Positions 1-8,763 of a stretch of DNA of 60,423 nucleotides are shown one piece after another. The notes below the pieces were generated by a model, which saw nothing but the letters and a program-made list of their open reading frames with translations, had not been told where the DNA came from and searched no databases. The position numbers were made by a program, and so were the translations under genes. Position 1 is the first letter of the stretch. Each line of letters begins with the position of its first letter. The stretch is from an uncultured Spirochaetia bacterium (lineage in GTDB: Bacteria; Oederibacteriota; PGYV01; CAYNMZ01): NCBI GenBank assembly GCA_964398505.1, contig CAYNMZ010000002.1, forward strand, positions 1 through 60,423, read 5' to 3'.

Positions 1-44
1 TTCAAATTATAACAAGACGGGTTTTGACTCAATAACGGGGGCGG

Positions 45-2333
45 ATGTTGAAAAGGCCGATAAAAAAAGCATTGATGGCGGTTTTTCCCGCAGCGGTTTT
101 ATGCGCGATTTTCCTTCCGGGTTTTGGGCCGGGCAAATTCCTATTCGGCATTGACACTTTTTCCCTTCACCTTCCGTTCTATTTGTACGCACAAAAAACA
201 TGGGCCATGTATGGCCAGCTTCCGCTTTGGCTGCCTTACATTTTCCTGGGCCTGCCCGCGATAGATTCTTCAAACCTTATTTTATTTTATCCAACCAACC
301 TTATCGCAATTATTTCCGGGCTGCAGCCAGGCCTGTTTTTCACGCTTGATATCTTTTTTCATTGCGCCCTGGCGTTCCTGGGAATGTTCCTTTTACTTAA
401 AAACAGAGGGATAGATGAAAAAGCGTCATATTTGGGGGCGTTCTGTTTTATGCTATCTGGCCCGCTTATCACCTATGTATATAATGGGCACTGGCTGGAT
501 ATAAAAGCGCTGGCGCTTGCGCCGTTTTTTATGTTATTTATTTCGCGCGCTGTTTATTCAGGAAAAATAACGGATTATTTATGCGCGGGTTTCATTGTCG
601 GCCTGCAGATACTCGCGCTCGGCATGCAGGTCGCGGCCTATACATTTATATGTGGCGCCGCTTTGGCCGCGTTCCTTGTTCATGAAAAAAAGCCGTCAGC
701 GAAAGAAGCCGTAAAAGCCTTCGGCATGCTCTTTTTAGCGGCCATTTCGGCCGCGGTATTTTCAGCCGCGCAGTTCTTACCCGCGCTTTCATACCTGCCC
801 TTCTCATCAAGGGCCTCATTTTCATACGCGGACTTTACTTCCTTTTCATTTCATCCGATTGAGACAATAACGCTCCTGTTTCCCTCATTTTTCGGCTTAA
901 AGGACGCCGCCTACTGGGGCCCGGCGCAGGGCCGCGCGCTTTCTTTTTACTGCGGGCTTTTGCCGGTTTTGCTGGTTCCCCCGGCTTTTTTGGGCGCTCA
1001 AAAGAGGCAGGCTTTGTTTTTCAGCGTGCTTGCGGTGTTTATACTGATACTTGGCTTCGGCGGATTTACCCCCTTGTATAAAATACTTTATTACATACCT
1101 GTTTTTAACAAATTAAAGAACCCCTCAAGCGCCGTGGCCATGCTTGGAATACCTCTGTCCTTTTTGGCAGCGCTAGGGGCGCAGAACATGCTTGACTGCC
1201 GCGTTTCAGAAGCGGGCAGAAGACTAATGAAAACATGGGCCCTTGCGGCCGCGGGTTTTGCCGCCGCGCTTTTTACAGCCAGACTTCTTGGCGGCACGTC
1301 AGCGCATATTGTTGGTTTTTTATTTTCAGCTTTCAGGGGCAAGGCAACAGGGTATCACATGACATCAGGCGAGCTGGAATCATCAGCCGCGCTTATAAAC
1401 GGTGATTTTATGGTAGCATCTCTTATATGCGCAGTATTTGCGGTTACAGTCTTTATCGCCTCGTCCAAAAGGATAAAAAACGCCGCGGCTGTGCTTTTAG
1501 TCCTGTGCCTTATAAATGCCGTTGACATGTACAGGGTTGAGAAAAAGTTTATCTCATACGCGAAGGCGGACGATATCGCGCCAAAAAGCCCTGCAGCTGA
1601 CTACATCAAGTCAGCGGGAATATACAGGATGGCGGACCTTGGCATGCGCTGGCACCTGAACAGGAACATGTATTACGGGATTGAGTCCTTTCTGGGCTTC
1701 CACGGCATAATGCCGGGTAAAATATACAAAATTCTTGAAGGAGAACTGAAAGCAACCTCACCGCTTATGAGGGTTTTTAACGTAAAATATTACATTGACA
1801 CGGAGGAGACGTCCGCACACGCCGGCCTGGGCCTTAAAAAGGTTTTTGACGGGAATATAAAAGTTTATGCGGACGAAAAGGCGAGGGCAAGGGCGTATTT
1901 TTGCCCGAATGTAATGACATGCGGATCGGACGACGAGATGCTGGCGCTTATGTCACGGGATGACTTTGACACTTCCTTCGCGCTTGTAAAAAAAGGCGAA
2001 ATGCCGGAGATTCGTGGGAAAGCCGCGTCTTTTGACGCGGACATAACATATTATTCAGCCTCACGGCTTAGGATAAGCGTCGTCAATACGGAGGCGGGCG
2101 TGCTTGTTGTATCAAATATGGGCCATGAAAACTGGAAGGCTTATGTTGATAAAAAGCGCGAAAAAATCTATAATGTAAACTACTGCCTGCAGGGAATAAG
2201 GCTTACGCCGGGCAGGCACGATATCGAGGTATCATACGACGGTTCATACATATATGCATGCATGGCGGTTTCTTTAATCTCGGCAGCCGCGCTTTTTGCC
2301 TTCATAATTTTACGGAGGAAAAAACAGGGTTGA
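45..2333 (+). CDS. YfhO-family multi-pass membrane protein (GT-C-fold glycosyltransferase-like)
   Basis: 762 aa with many TM segments. N-terminal LPLWLPY..LGLP motif; C-terminal periplasmic region LVVSNM..ENWKAYVD...VNYCLQGI.L.PG.H.I typical of YfhO. Confidence 0.8.
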   Translation: MLKRPIKKALMAVFPAAVLCAIFLPGFGPGKFLFGIDTFSLHLPFYLYAQKTWAMYGQLPLWLPYIFLGLPAIDSSNLILFYPTNLIAIISGLQPGLFFTLDIFFHCALAFLGMFLLLKNRGIDEKASYLGAFCFMLSGPLITYVYNGHWLDIKALALAPFFMLFISRAVYSGKITDYLCAGFIVGLQILALGMQVAAYTFICGAALAAFLVHEKKPSAKEAVKAFGMLFLAAISAAVFSAAQFLPALSYLPFSSRASFSYADFTSFSFHPIETITLLFPSFFGLKDAAYWGPAQGRALSFYCGLLPVLLVPPAFLGAQKRQALFFSVLAVFILILGFGGFTPLYKILYYIPVFNKLKNPSSAVAMLGIPLSFLAALGAQNMLDCRVSEAGRRLMKTWALAAAGFAAALFTARLLGGTSAHIVGFLFSAFRGKATGYHMTSGELESSAALINGDFMVASLICAVFAVTVFIASSKRIKNAAAVLLVLCLINAVDMYRVEKKFISYAKADDIAPKSPAADYIKSAGIYRMADLGMRWHLNRNMYYGIESFLGFHGIMPGKIYKILEGELKATSPLMRVFNVKYYIDTEETSAHAGLGLKKVFDGNIKVYADEKARARAYFCPNVMTCGSDDEMLALMSRDDFDTSFALVKKGEMPEIRGKAASFDADITYYSASRLRISVVNTEAGVLVVSNMGHENWKAYVDKKREKIYNVNYCLQGIRLTPGRHDIEVSYDGSYIYACMAVSLISAAALFAFIILRRKKQG

Positions 2334-3034
2334 AAACGCTCATAGTGATACCCACATACAATGAGAGGGAAAATCTAGTTAAGCTTCTGCCCGCGATAAG
2401 GCAAAACTGCCCCGGCTGCCATATCCTTATAGTTGATGATTCGTCCCCCGACGGCACGGGCACCGAGGTAAAAAGGATGTCCAAAAGGGCGGGATGGCTT
2501 AAGCTTATACAGAGAAAGGCAAAGCTTGGGCTTGGCACAGCGTATGTGGAAGGCTTTAAGTACGCGATAAAAAACAAATATGACCTTGTGTTTGAAATGG
2601 ACGCGGACCTTTCCCACGACCCGGGGTTCCTCCCGGATTTTTTAAGCGAAATAAGGTACAATGACCTTGTAATCGGCTCAAGGTATTTGAAGGGAGTGTC
2701 TGTCGTAAACTGGCCGATTTCAAGGCTGATACTGTCAAAGTTCGCGAGTTTTTACGCGAGGACAATAACCGGCATGCCGCTGACGGACTGTACGAGCGGT
2801 TTCAAGTGCTACAGGAGAAAAGTGCTGGAGGCAATAGACCTTGATTCCGTTCACTCCGACGGCTACGCTTTTCAGATAGAAATGCATTATAAAGCATGGA
2901 AAAAAGGTTTTAAGATAAAGGAAATTCCAATAATATTTGTGGACAGGCACTCTGGCACATCAAAGCTCTCTGAAAACATAGTATGGGAAGCGGTATTCCT
3001 GGTGTGGAAATTAAGATTAGGAATAAAAAAATAG
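2330..3034 (+). CDS. Polyprenol monophosphomannose synthase-like GT2 (Dpm1/Ppm1 family)
   Basis: IPTYNERENL, IVDDSSPDGT, MDADLSHDP, DCTSGFKCY and FVDRHSGTSK motifs. Start moved to TTG 2330, which overlaps the upstream TGA (TTGA). Confidence 0.9.
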   Translation: MKTLIVIPTYNERENLVKLLPAIRQNCPGCHILIVDDSSPDGTGTEVKRMSKRAGWLKLIQRKAKLGLGTAYVEGFKYAIKNKYDLVFEMDADLSHDPGFLPDFLSEIRYNDLVIGSRYLKGVSVVNWPISRLILSKFASFYARTITGMPLTDCTSGFKCYRRKVLEAIDLDSVHSDGYAFQIEMHYKAWKKGFKIKEIPIIFVDRHSGTSKLSENIVWEAVFLVWKLRLGIKK

Positions 3035-3037
3035 TTT

Positions 3038-3094
3038 ATATTTTATATTTGATAGCCAGGGTCAGGACACCTTTAACCATCAAATATGAAATAT
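3038..3094. repeat. 16-bp-stem hairpin between the GT2 and epimerase genes
   Basis: ATATTTTATATTTGAT ... ATCAAATATGAAATAT (15 Watson-Crick pairs plus 1 G.U). Confidence 0.8.
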
Positions 3095-3115
3095 CAATTT
3101 AATACGGAGGTTTTT

Positions 3116-4066
3116 ATGGCAAAAAGGGTTCTTGTAACAGGCGGGGCGGGCTTTATAGGCTCAAATATGACAGATGAACTGATAAAACGGGGCTATAAAG
3201 TTACGGTTATAGACAATCTTTCAACAGGCGAGAAAAAGAACTTGAACCCTTCCGCTGAATTTATAAGGGGTGACGTAAAAAAACAGGCTGACATTGAAAA
3301 GGCCTTCAGAAAAAAAATTGACGTCATATTCCACATAGCGGGATGCGCTTCAACCATCAAGTCATTTGATGACCCGGCGAAAGACCTTATGACAAATGTC
3401 CTGGGTACAGTTAACGTGATAAACGCGGCGGTCAGGCACCGTGTAAACAGGCTTCTGTACGCCTCGTCAATGACTTCCTACGGAGTTCCTGACGGGCTCC
3501 CCGTAAAGGAGACTATGGGTACAAGGCCCATAGCCTATTACGGCATAACCAAATACGCGGGCGAGCGCTACGCGCTGGCCACGGGATTAAGGACCGACAT
3601 GCCCGTAAAGATGAACACAACGGCTTTCCGCATGTTCAATGTCTACGGCAGGAGGCAGTCACTGACAAACCCATACCAGGGAGTGGTCTCCATTTTCATA
3701 GGAAATGTGCTGCGCGGGGAAACTGTCACAATATTCGGTGACGGCGAGCAGTCGAGGGATTACGTGCATATAAAGGATGTGGCAGACGCGTGGATAGGCG
3801 CTATAGACAATAAAAAGTCCTTTGGCGAGGTTTTTAACCTTGGCTCGGGAATGAGGATATCGGTAAACAGGCTGGTTGACGTTATACTTAAAAGTTTCGG
3901 CAAGAGCAGGAAAAATCACAGGGTTGTTTACAGGGATGCGAGGCCCGGCGACCAGCGTCACATGCAGGCTGATATAAGCAAAGCTGCAAGACTGCTTGGA
4001 TGGAAGCCAAAAATAAGCTTTGAGGAAGGCATGGCTGACACAATATCATGGGCAAGAGGGGAATAG
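3116..4066 (+). CDS. NAD-dependent nucleotide-sugar epimerase/dehydratase (extended SDR)
   Basis: VLVTGGAGFIGS Rossmann motif, YGITK (YxxxK), RMFNVYG. Start at ATG 3116 after a GGAGG SD. Confidence 0.9.
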   Translation: MAKRVLVTGGAGFIGSNMTDELIKRGYKVTVIDNLSTGEKKNLNPSAEFIRGDVKKQADIEKAFRKKIDVIFHIAGCASTIKSFDDPAKDLMTNVLGTVNVINAAVRHRVNRLLYASSMTSYGVPDGLPVKETMGTRPIAYYGITKYAGERYALATGLRTDMPVKMNTTAFRMFNVYGRRQSLTNPYQGVVSIFIGNVLRGETVTIFGDGEQSRDYVHIKDVADAWIGAIDNKKSFGEVFNLGSGMRISVNRLVDVILKSFGKSRKNHRVVYRDARPGDQRHMQADISKAARLLGWKPKISFEEGMADTISWARGE

Positions 4067-4073
4067 AAAAAGC

Positions 4074-4616
4074 ATGAGGCTTTTTATAGGAATACCTCTT
4101 GAAAACAGGGCACAGGAAAAACTGACCGCGCTTTATGACAAACTTGAGGGTTTTAGGACCGTAAAAAAAGAGAACCTGCACATAACTCTGCATTTTATGG
4201 GAGAACAGGACGAACAGGCACTTTTCGCCATAAAGGCCGCCATGGAAAACGCCTGCGACGGTTTTTACAGGTTCAAAATTTCCTCAAAGCGTGTTTCCGG
4301 GTTCCCGTCCGCAAAAAGCGCGCTTGTGGCCTGGGCCAACATAGAGGATGGCTCAGGGCCCGTCAAAAAGTTGCATTCGCTCCTTGAAAGCGGTCTTAAG
4401 AAAATAAAGTACAGGAGGGAAAAGAGGGTTTTCGTGCCCCATATAACGCTGGCAAGGTCAAAACAACCTGCTGACATATCGGCTATTGCAAATTCGCTGA
4501 AATTTGAGGTTTTCTCAGAGGCGCGCTCATGCGTTCTTTACAGCAGTTCGATTTCGTCTTGCGGGCCGGAATACAAGAAACTTTATGAAGTCAGTTTTAA
4601 GGAAAGGCCGGAATAA
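4074..4616 (+). CDS. thpR: RNA 2',3'-cyclic phosphodiesterase (2H phosphoesterase)
   Basis: MRLFIGI start and two HxT motifs (LHITLHF, PHITLAR). Confidence 0.9.
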   Translation: MRLFIGIPLENRAQEKLTALYDKLEGFRTVKKENLHITLHFMGEQDEQALFAIKAAMENACDGFYRFKISSKRVSGFPSAKSALVAWANIEDGSGPVKKLHSLLESGLKKIKYRREKRVFVPHITLARSKQPADISAIANSLKFEVFSEARSCVLYSSSISSCGPEYKKLYEVSFKERPE

Positions 4617-4617
4617 T

Positions 4618-5307
4618 ATGGCGACTGACAGGGAAACAACACGGAACTACGAGAGATGGTTCCTGACAGGCGAGGGAATGTACACGGATGAGAAACAAAA
4701 GGAGCTGCTCATAAACACGGCGCGTTTCAAGCGCGGCGAGCGTGTGCTGGAAATCGGATGCGGAACCGGCAGGATGATGGAATATTTATGCGACCTTGGG
4801 CTGGATGCGGCCGGTGTTGAGCCTGTTGAGGAACTTGTAAAAAAAGCAAGGCAGAAATCAGGCATACGAAAGGATCAGATAATCAGGGCGCCTTATTCGG
4901 CCCTGCCACTTGGTGACGGGAGTTTTGACAACGTTATATTTATGAACACTTTTGCCTTCGCTGATGACAGGGAAAAAACCCTTAAGGAAGCCTGGCGTGT
5001 GGCCTCAAGGCAGGTTTGTATTGGCTTTCTGAACAGGTATTCACTTACAAGGCTTTTTAAGGTAAAAGCGAGGAAGGAAGTTTACAGCGACGCATACCCG
5101 CTGTCAGGTTCGGAACTGACAGGGATAGTAAGCAGGGCGCTTAAAGGCGAAAATTACAGGTTAAATACTGCGTATACTCTGTTTTTACCCATACAGATCG
5201 CTCATTTTGTGCCTTTTGTGGATGACCTGCTTGAAAAAACAAGGCTTCCTTTCGGCGATTTCGGCGTGATGGTGATAGGTAAATTGAAAACTGAAAGTTT
5301 AAAATGA
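4618..5307 (+). CDS. Class I SAM-dependent methyltransferase
   Basis: VLEIGCGTG motif I and LPLGDGSFDNV motif. Start at ATG 4618, directly after the thpR stop. Confidence 0.85.
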   Translation: MATDRETTRNYERWFLTGEGMYTDEKQKELLINTARFKRGERVLEIGCGTGRMMEYLCDLGLDAAGVEPVEELVKKARQKSGIRKDQIIRAPYSALPLGDGSFDNVIFMNTFAFADDREKTLKEAWRVASRQVCIGFLNRYSLTRLFKVKARKEVYSDAYPLSGSELTGIVSRALKGENYRLNTAYTLFLPIQIAHFVPFVDDLLEKTRLPFGDFGVMVIGKLKTESLK

Positions 5308-5370
5308 TAGCCGGTATTTTTATGTTTTTATCCTGAAAAAACGTAACTTTAAGTTTTCAGTCTTAAATTT
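5281..5370. repeat. AT-rich heptamer inverted pair spanning the methyltransferase stop
   Basis: AAATTGA AAACTGA AAGTTTA AAAT versus 5346-5370: 20/25 complementary plus 2 G.U. Confidence 0.65.
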
Positions 5371-5390
5371 AATATTTACAAGGGGTAATT

Positions 5391-6323
5391 ATGGCCGTTA
5401 TCGGTTACATGTTCACAGCCGCAGGATACCAGTACCTTAATCTCGGCAAAAAGGCATATGACTCCACTTGGTCGGTCAGGCAGTACTACGACAAGGTTGA
5501 GAAAAAATACCCGGACTTTAAGATTAACAAGCTTTCTTTCATAGGCCCGCCCGAAGAGCTTATGGCCGAGGAAAACGGCCTTATCATAAACGCGGTTTAC
5601 CAGAGGGGCATATATGAACTTTTAAAGGATTACAGGGTGAATCCCGAACAGGTATTTGGGTACAAGTCAGGCGAAATTATGGCCCTGGCCTGCTGCCAGG
5701 CAATATCGTTTGAGGACGCGATTGACTTCCTGTTCAAAAAAAGGCGTATGATAATGGAGGAAGTAGGCAAGGGATTTTTTTCCCAAATACTCGTTAATTC
5801 CGTCAGGTCCGAGCAGGTGCTTCATATCTGCGAGGGGTTAAAGGGAAGGATAAGGGTTTCAGTTGTTTCCTATAACGGGAAGGACAGCCATGTGGTGGCT
5901 TGCGATTCAAAGTCAAAGCCCGCGGTAATTGACGTGTTCAAAAAAATCGGCGGAGCTGTCATAGACCTGCCGCACGAGGAATTCGCGTGCCTGCCTGAGC
6001 TTGAGCAGATAGCGGCAAGGCTAAAGGAGGAGTTTGTAAAGATTCCGATGGACAAGCCGCTTCACAGGCTCATATGCCAGACCACGGGCAATTTTTACGA
6101 GAACGTGCAGGAAATAAAGGAGCGTTTTACCGACTACATTTTCATGCCTTCGCGGGTGGATCTCTGCATAGAGACAATGCTGAAAAACGCCGTAAATACC
6201 TTCGTTGAGGTCGGACCGGGAACATTTTTGTCGCGCATGTCAAGAAAGCGCGACTCGGGAAAGCGCTCGCTGAATACTAATGACTTAGGTGAGCTGCAAA
6301 AGACCGTAAAGCTCGCGAACTAG
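5391..6323 (+). CDS. FabD/malonyl-CoA:ACP transacylase-like protein with degenerate active site
   Basis: FabD-like spacing and motifs (xQ..xG near the N-terminus, ISFEDA, FVEVGPGTFL), but GHSLG is replaced by GYKSG. Confidence 0.7.
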   Translation: MAVIGYMFTAAGYQYLNLGKKAYDSTWSVRQYYDKVEKKYPDFKINKLSFIGPPEELMAEENGLIINAVYQRGIYELLKDYRVNPEQVFGYKSGEIMALACCQAISFEDAIDFLFKKRRMIMEEVGKGFFSQILVNSVRSEQVLHICEGLKGRIRVSVVSYNGKDSHVVACDSKSKPAVIDVFKKIGGAVIDLPHEEFACLPELEQIAARLKEEFVKIPMDKPLHRLICQTTGNFYENVQEIKERFTDYIFMPSRVDLCIETMLKNAVNTFVEVGPGTFLSRMSRKRDSGKRSLNTNDLGELQKTVKLAN

Positions 6324-6344
6324 AGAATATTACAGCTTCTGCTG

Positions 6345-6372
6345 TTGACAAAAAATCTTTTACGCTTATAAT
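6345..6372 (+). promoter_or_regulatory. sigma70-type promoter of pcrA/uvrD
   Basis: TTGACA (6345-6350), 16-bp spacer, TATAAT (6367-6372). Confidence 0.8.
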
Positions 6373-6405
6373 CTTTCAGGCTTAAAAAAATCACCGGAGA
6401 AAATT

Positions 6406-8592
6406 TTGGACTTAAAGCAGCTTTTAAATAAGGAACAATACGAGGCAGTGTGCCACAAGGACGGCCCGCTACTGATACTCGCTGGCGCGGGATCTGGCAA
6501 GACACGTGTCATAACCTACAGGATAGCTAACCTTATATCAGCCTATGGAGTAGAACCCGGACATATTCTCGCTGTCACTTTTACAAATAAGGCCGCTGGA
6601 GAGATGAAGGAGCGCATACGCTCGGTCATAGGAAAAAAAGCCGAGGAGATATGGATGAGCACGTTCCACTCGCTCGGCTGCAGGCTTTTACGCCAGCACG
6701 CCGACGTGTTGGGCTATACAAAGGCCTTTTCCATTTACGATGAGGATGACAGGGAAAGGCTCGTGAAGGAATGCATGCATCAGGCAAAGGTTTCGGATAA
6801 GGATATGAAGCCGAACCAGATTATCCGGTACATCTCGGACATAAAAAACCAGCTTCTCTCGCCCGCGCAGTTTGAGGAAATAGCCTCTGACTATAACAAC
6901 AAGATAGTCTCAAGGGTCTACGGCATATACGAGGAAAAAATGAAGCGTAACAACGCAATGGACTTTGACGACCTTATAAAAAAGCCCATAGAACTCTTCG
7001 ACGCCCGCAGGGACATCCTTGACGCATACAGGGAAAAGTTCAGGTACATACTCATTGACGAGTACCAGGATATAAACAACTCCCAGTACACGCTCGTTTC
7101 AATGCTGGCTGAAAAATACAGGAACATATGCGTGGTAGGCGACGATGACCAGAGCATATACAGATTTCGAGGGGCTGACATAACCAACATACTTGAATTT
7201 GAGGACGATTACAAGGACGCCAAAGTCATCAGGTTGGAGCAGAATTACCGCTCCACAAAAAACATACTCAGGGCGGCTCACAGCGTCATAAGGAACAACA
7301 AGGGAAGGAAGGACAAGGAACTCTGGACAGAGAACAATGAGGGCGGCAAAATAGTGTTTTATTACACCGACGACGAGATAGCGGAGTCAGAGGCTGTCTT
7401 GCACGAGGTGGACAGGCTTATGCGCGTGTCTGACGTGAGCCTAAGGCAGATGGCGGTGTTTTACAGGACAAACGCCCAGTCGCGCGTGATAGAGGACCGC
7501 TTCAGGCGCGCGGGCCTGCCCTACAAGCTTGTAGGCGGCATATCTTTCTACGGCAGGATGGAGATAAAGGACCTGCTAGCCTATCTGCGCATAGTCTCAA
7601 ATCCTCATGACATAATAAGCTTCAAGAGGATAATTAATGTCCCGCCCAGGGGTATAGGCGATGCTTCAATTGACAGGGTTGAGGAGAACGCCATGGAAAA
7701 GGGCATTTCCTTCATTGACGGCCTGCTTGACGCCGCTTCTGTGGCTGATATAAAGGACAGCGTGAAGAATACGCTTGTAAGGTTCGGCACTTTCATAAAA
7801 CATCTTCACGACAACAAGTCAAACATGAAGCTCCAGGACATAATGAAGGAGATAATATCAAGGACAGGATACCTTGAATACTGGATGAAGGACACGTCAG
7901 TAAAGGCCAGGGATAGGGTGGAAAATATAAAGGAACTTGTGTCGGCTTTGTCCGAATATGAGGAAGGAAATGCCGGCGCGTCGCTTGAGGATTTTCTAAA
8001 CCAGGTGGCGCTTATATCCGATGTTGACAAGATGGATGATAAAGCCGAAGCTGTGACACTGATGACAATACACAGCGCGAAGGGATTGGAGTTTGATGTT
8101 GTATTTTTGACAGGGATGGACGAGGGGCTTTTTCCGCATAAGAACAGCATTGACGAGCCCGGGGGCATAGAGGAGGAAAGGCGGCTTGCCTATGTGGGTA
8201 TTACCAGGGCAAGGAAAAAGCTCTACCTCTTTTCAGCTGTTTCAAGGAGGCAGTACGGCACGAAAAAGCTGGGCCAGATCTCGCGCTACATAAACGAGAT
8301 TCCGCCGGAACTGCTGGAGCATAAGGGAAGGATGCCCGTAAAGACAGTGGAGGAGAAATACCTGAAAGGCAGTATTGAGGACACGATATCGGACATGGAG
8401 CCTGAGTTTGACATGCCCGTTGACGTGGCGCCCACATACAAGCCGGGCCAGAAAGTGAAGCATAAAAAAATGGGCGCAGGGGTTATAGTGAAAATAGAGC
8501 CTCACGGGGATGACTTCAAGCTTACGGTGAACTTCAAGGCGCACGGGAAAAAAGTGCTGTCAGCCAACCACGCGGGTCTGGAGAAGATATAA
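6406..8592 (+). CDS. pcrA: ATP-dependent DNA helicase PcrA/UvrD
   Basis: AGAGSGKT, TFTNKAA, DEYQD, VGDDDQSIYRFRGA, LEQNYRST, TIHSAKGLEF, EERRLAYVGITRA and a C-terminal Tudor-like domain. TTG start with GGAGA SD. Confidence 0.95.
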   Translation: MDLKQLLNKEQYEAVCHKDGPLLILAGAGSGKTRVITYRIANLISAYGVEPGHILAVTFTNKAAGEMKERIRSVIGKKAEEIWMSTFHSLGCRLLRQHADVLGYTKAFSIYDEDDRERLVKECMHQAKVSDKDMKPNQIIRYISDIKNQLLSPAQFEEIASDYNNKIVSRVYGIYEEKMKRNNAMDFDDLIKKPIELFDARRDILDAYREKFRYILIDEYQDINNSQYTLVSMLAEKYRNICVVGDDDQSIYRFRGADITNILEFEDDYKDAKVIRLEQNYRSTKNILRAAHSVIRNNKGRKDKELWTENNEGGKIVFYYTDDEIAESEAVLHEVDRLMRVSDVSLRQMAVFYRTNAQSRVIEDRFRRAGLPYKLVGGISFYGRMEIKDLLAYLRIVSNPHDIISFKRIINVPPRGIGDASIDRVEENAMEKGISFIDGLLDAASVADIKDSVKNTLVRFGTFIKHLHDNKSNMKLQDIMKEIISRTGYLEYWMKDTSVKARDRVENIKELVSALSEYEEGNAGASLEDFLNQVALISDVDKMDDKAEAVTLMTIHSAKGLEFDVVFLTGMDEGLFPHKNSIDEPGGIEEERRLAYVGITRARKKLYLFSAVSRRQYGTKKLGQISRYINEIPPELLEHKGRMPVKTVEEKYLKGSIEDTISDMEPEFDMPVDVAPTYKPGQKVKHKKMGAGVIVKIEPHGDDFKLTVNFKAHGKKVLSANHAGLEKI

Positions 8593-8669
8593 AAAATTCT
8601 GATACCCATAAGCCATAATAAAAATTATTCGCACACTGATTTTATGGTTTTCTGGCTTTCCGGATACTT

Positions 8670-8704
8670 TGAATTTTTACCTTGAATTGAATTTTTACCT
8701 GAAT
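8670..8704 (+). repeat. Tandem direct repeat TGAATTTTTACCT(T)GAAT x2 abutting a -35 box
   Basis: TGAATTTTTACCT at 8670-8682 and 8688-8700 (18-bp period). Confidence 0.8.
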
Positions 8705-8731
8705 TGACACCCCCACCTTAATATGTTAAAT
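8704..8731 (+). promoter_or_regulatory. sigma70-type promoter of the paralog pair/dGTPase operon
   Basis: TTGACA (8704-8709), 16 bp, TGn-TAAATT extended -10. Confidence 0.55.
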
Positions 8732-8763
8732 TACTAATATATTCTATTCTTGCGGGGAGAAAA

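Noticed and set aside
2-153. Open frame 2 at the window start (..GFDSITGADVEKA..) as the tail of an upstream gene
   Set aside because: It is too short to assign and would overlap the YfhO start by ~100 nt. Upstream sequence is needed.
2258-2329. Upstream extensions in the ORF track (2258, 3086, 4020, 4504, 20166, 21721, 28257, 46994, 47476, 50752)
   Set aside because: Downstream starts have SD motifs or stop-start overlaps and match family N-termini, so I used those.
6345-6372. 16-bp spacers in three TTGACA promoters as a lineage trait
   Set aside because: This is within the normal 16-18 range, and most other promoters here have 17 bp.
8670-8704. Short direct repeats and heptamer arrays considered as CRISPR
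   Set aside because: There are no 23-50-bp repeats with unique spacers and no cas genes.
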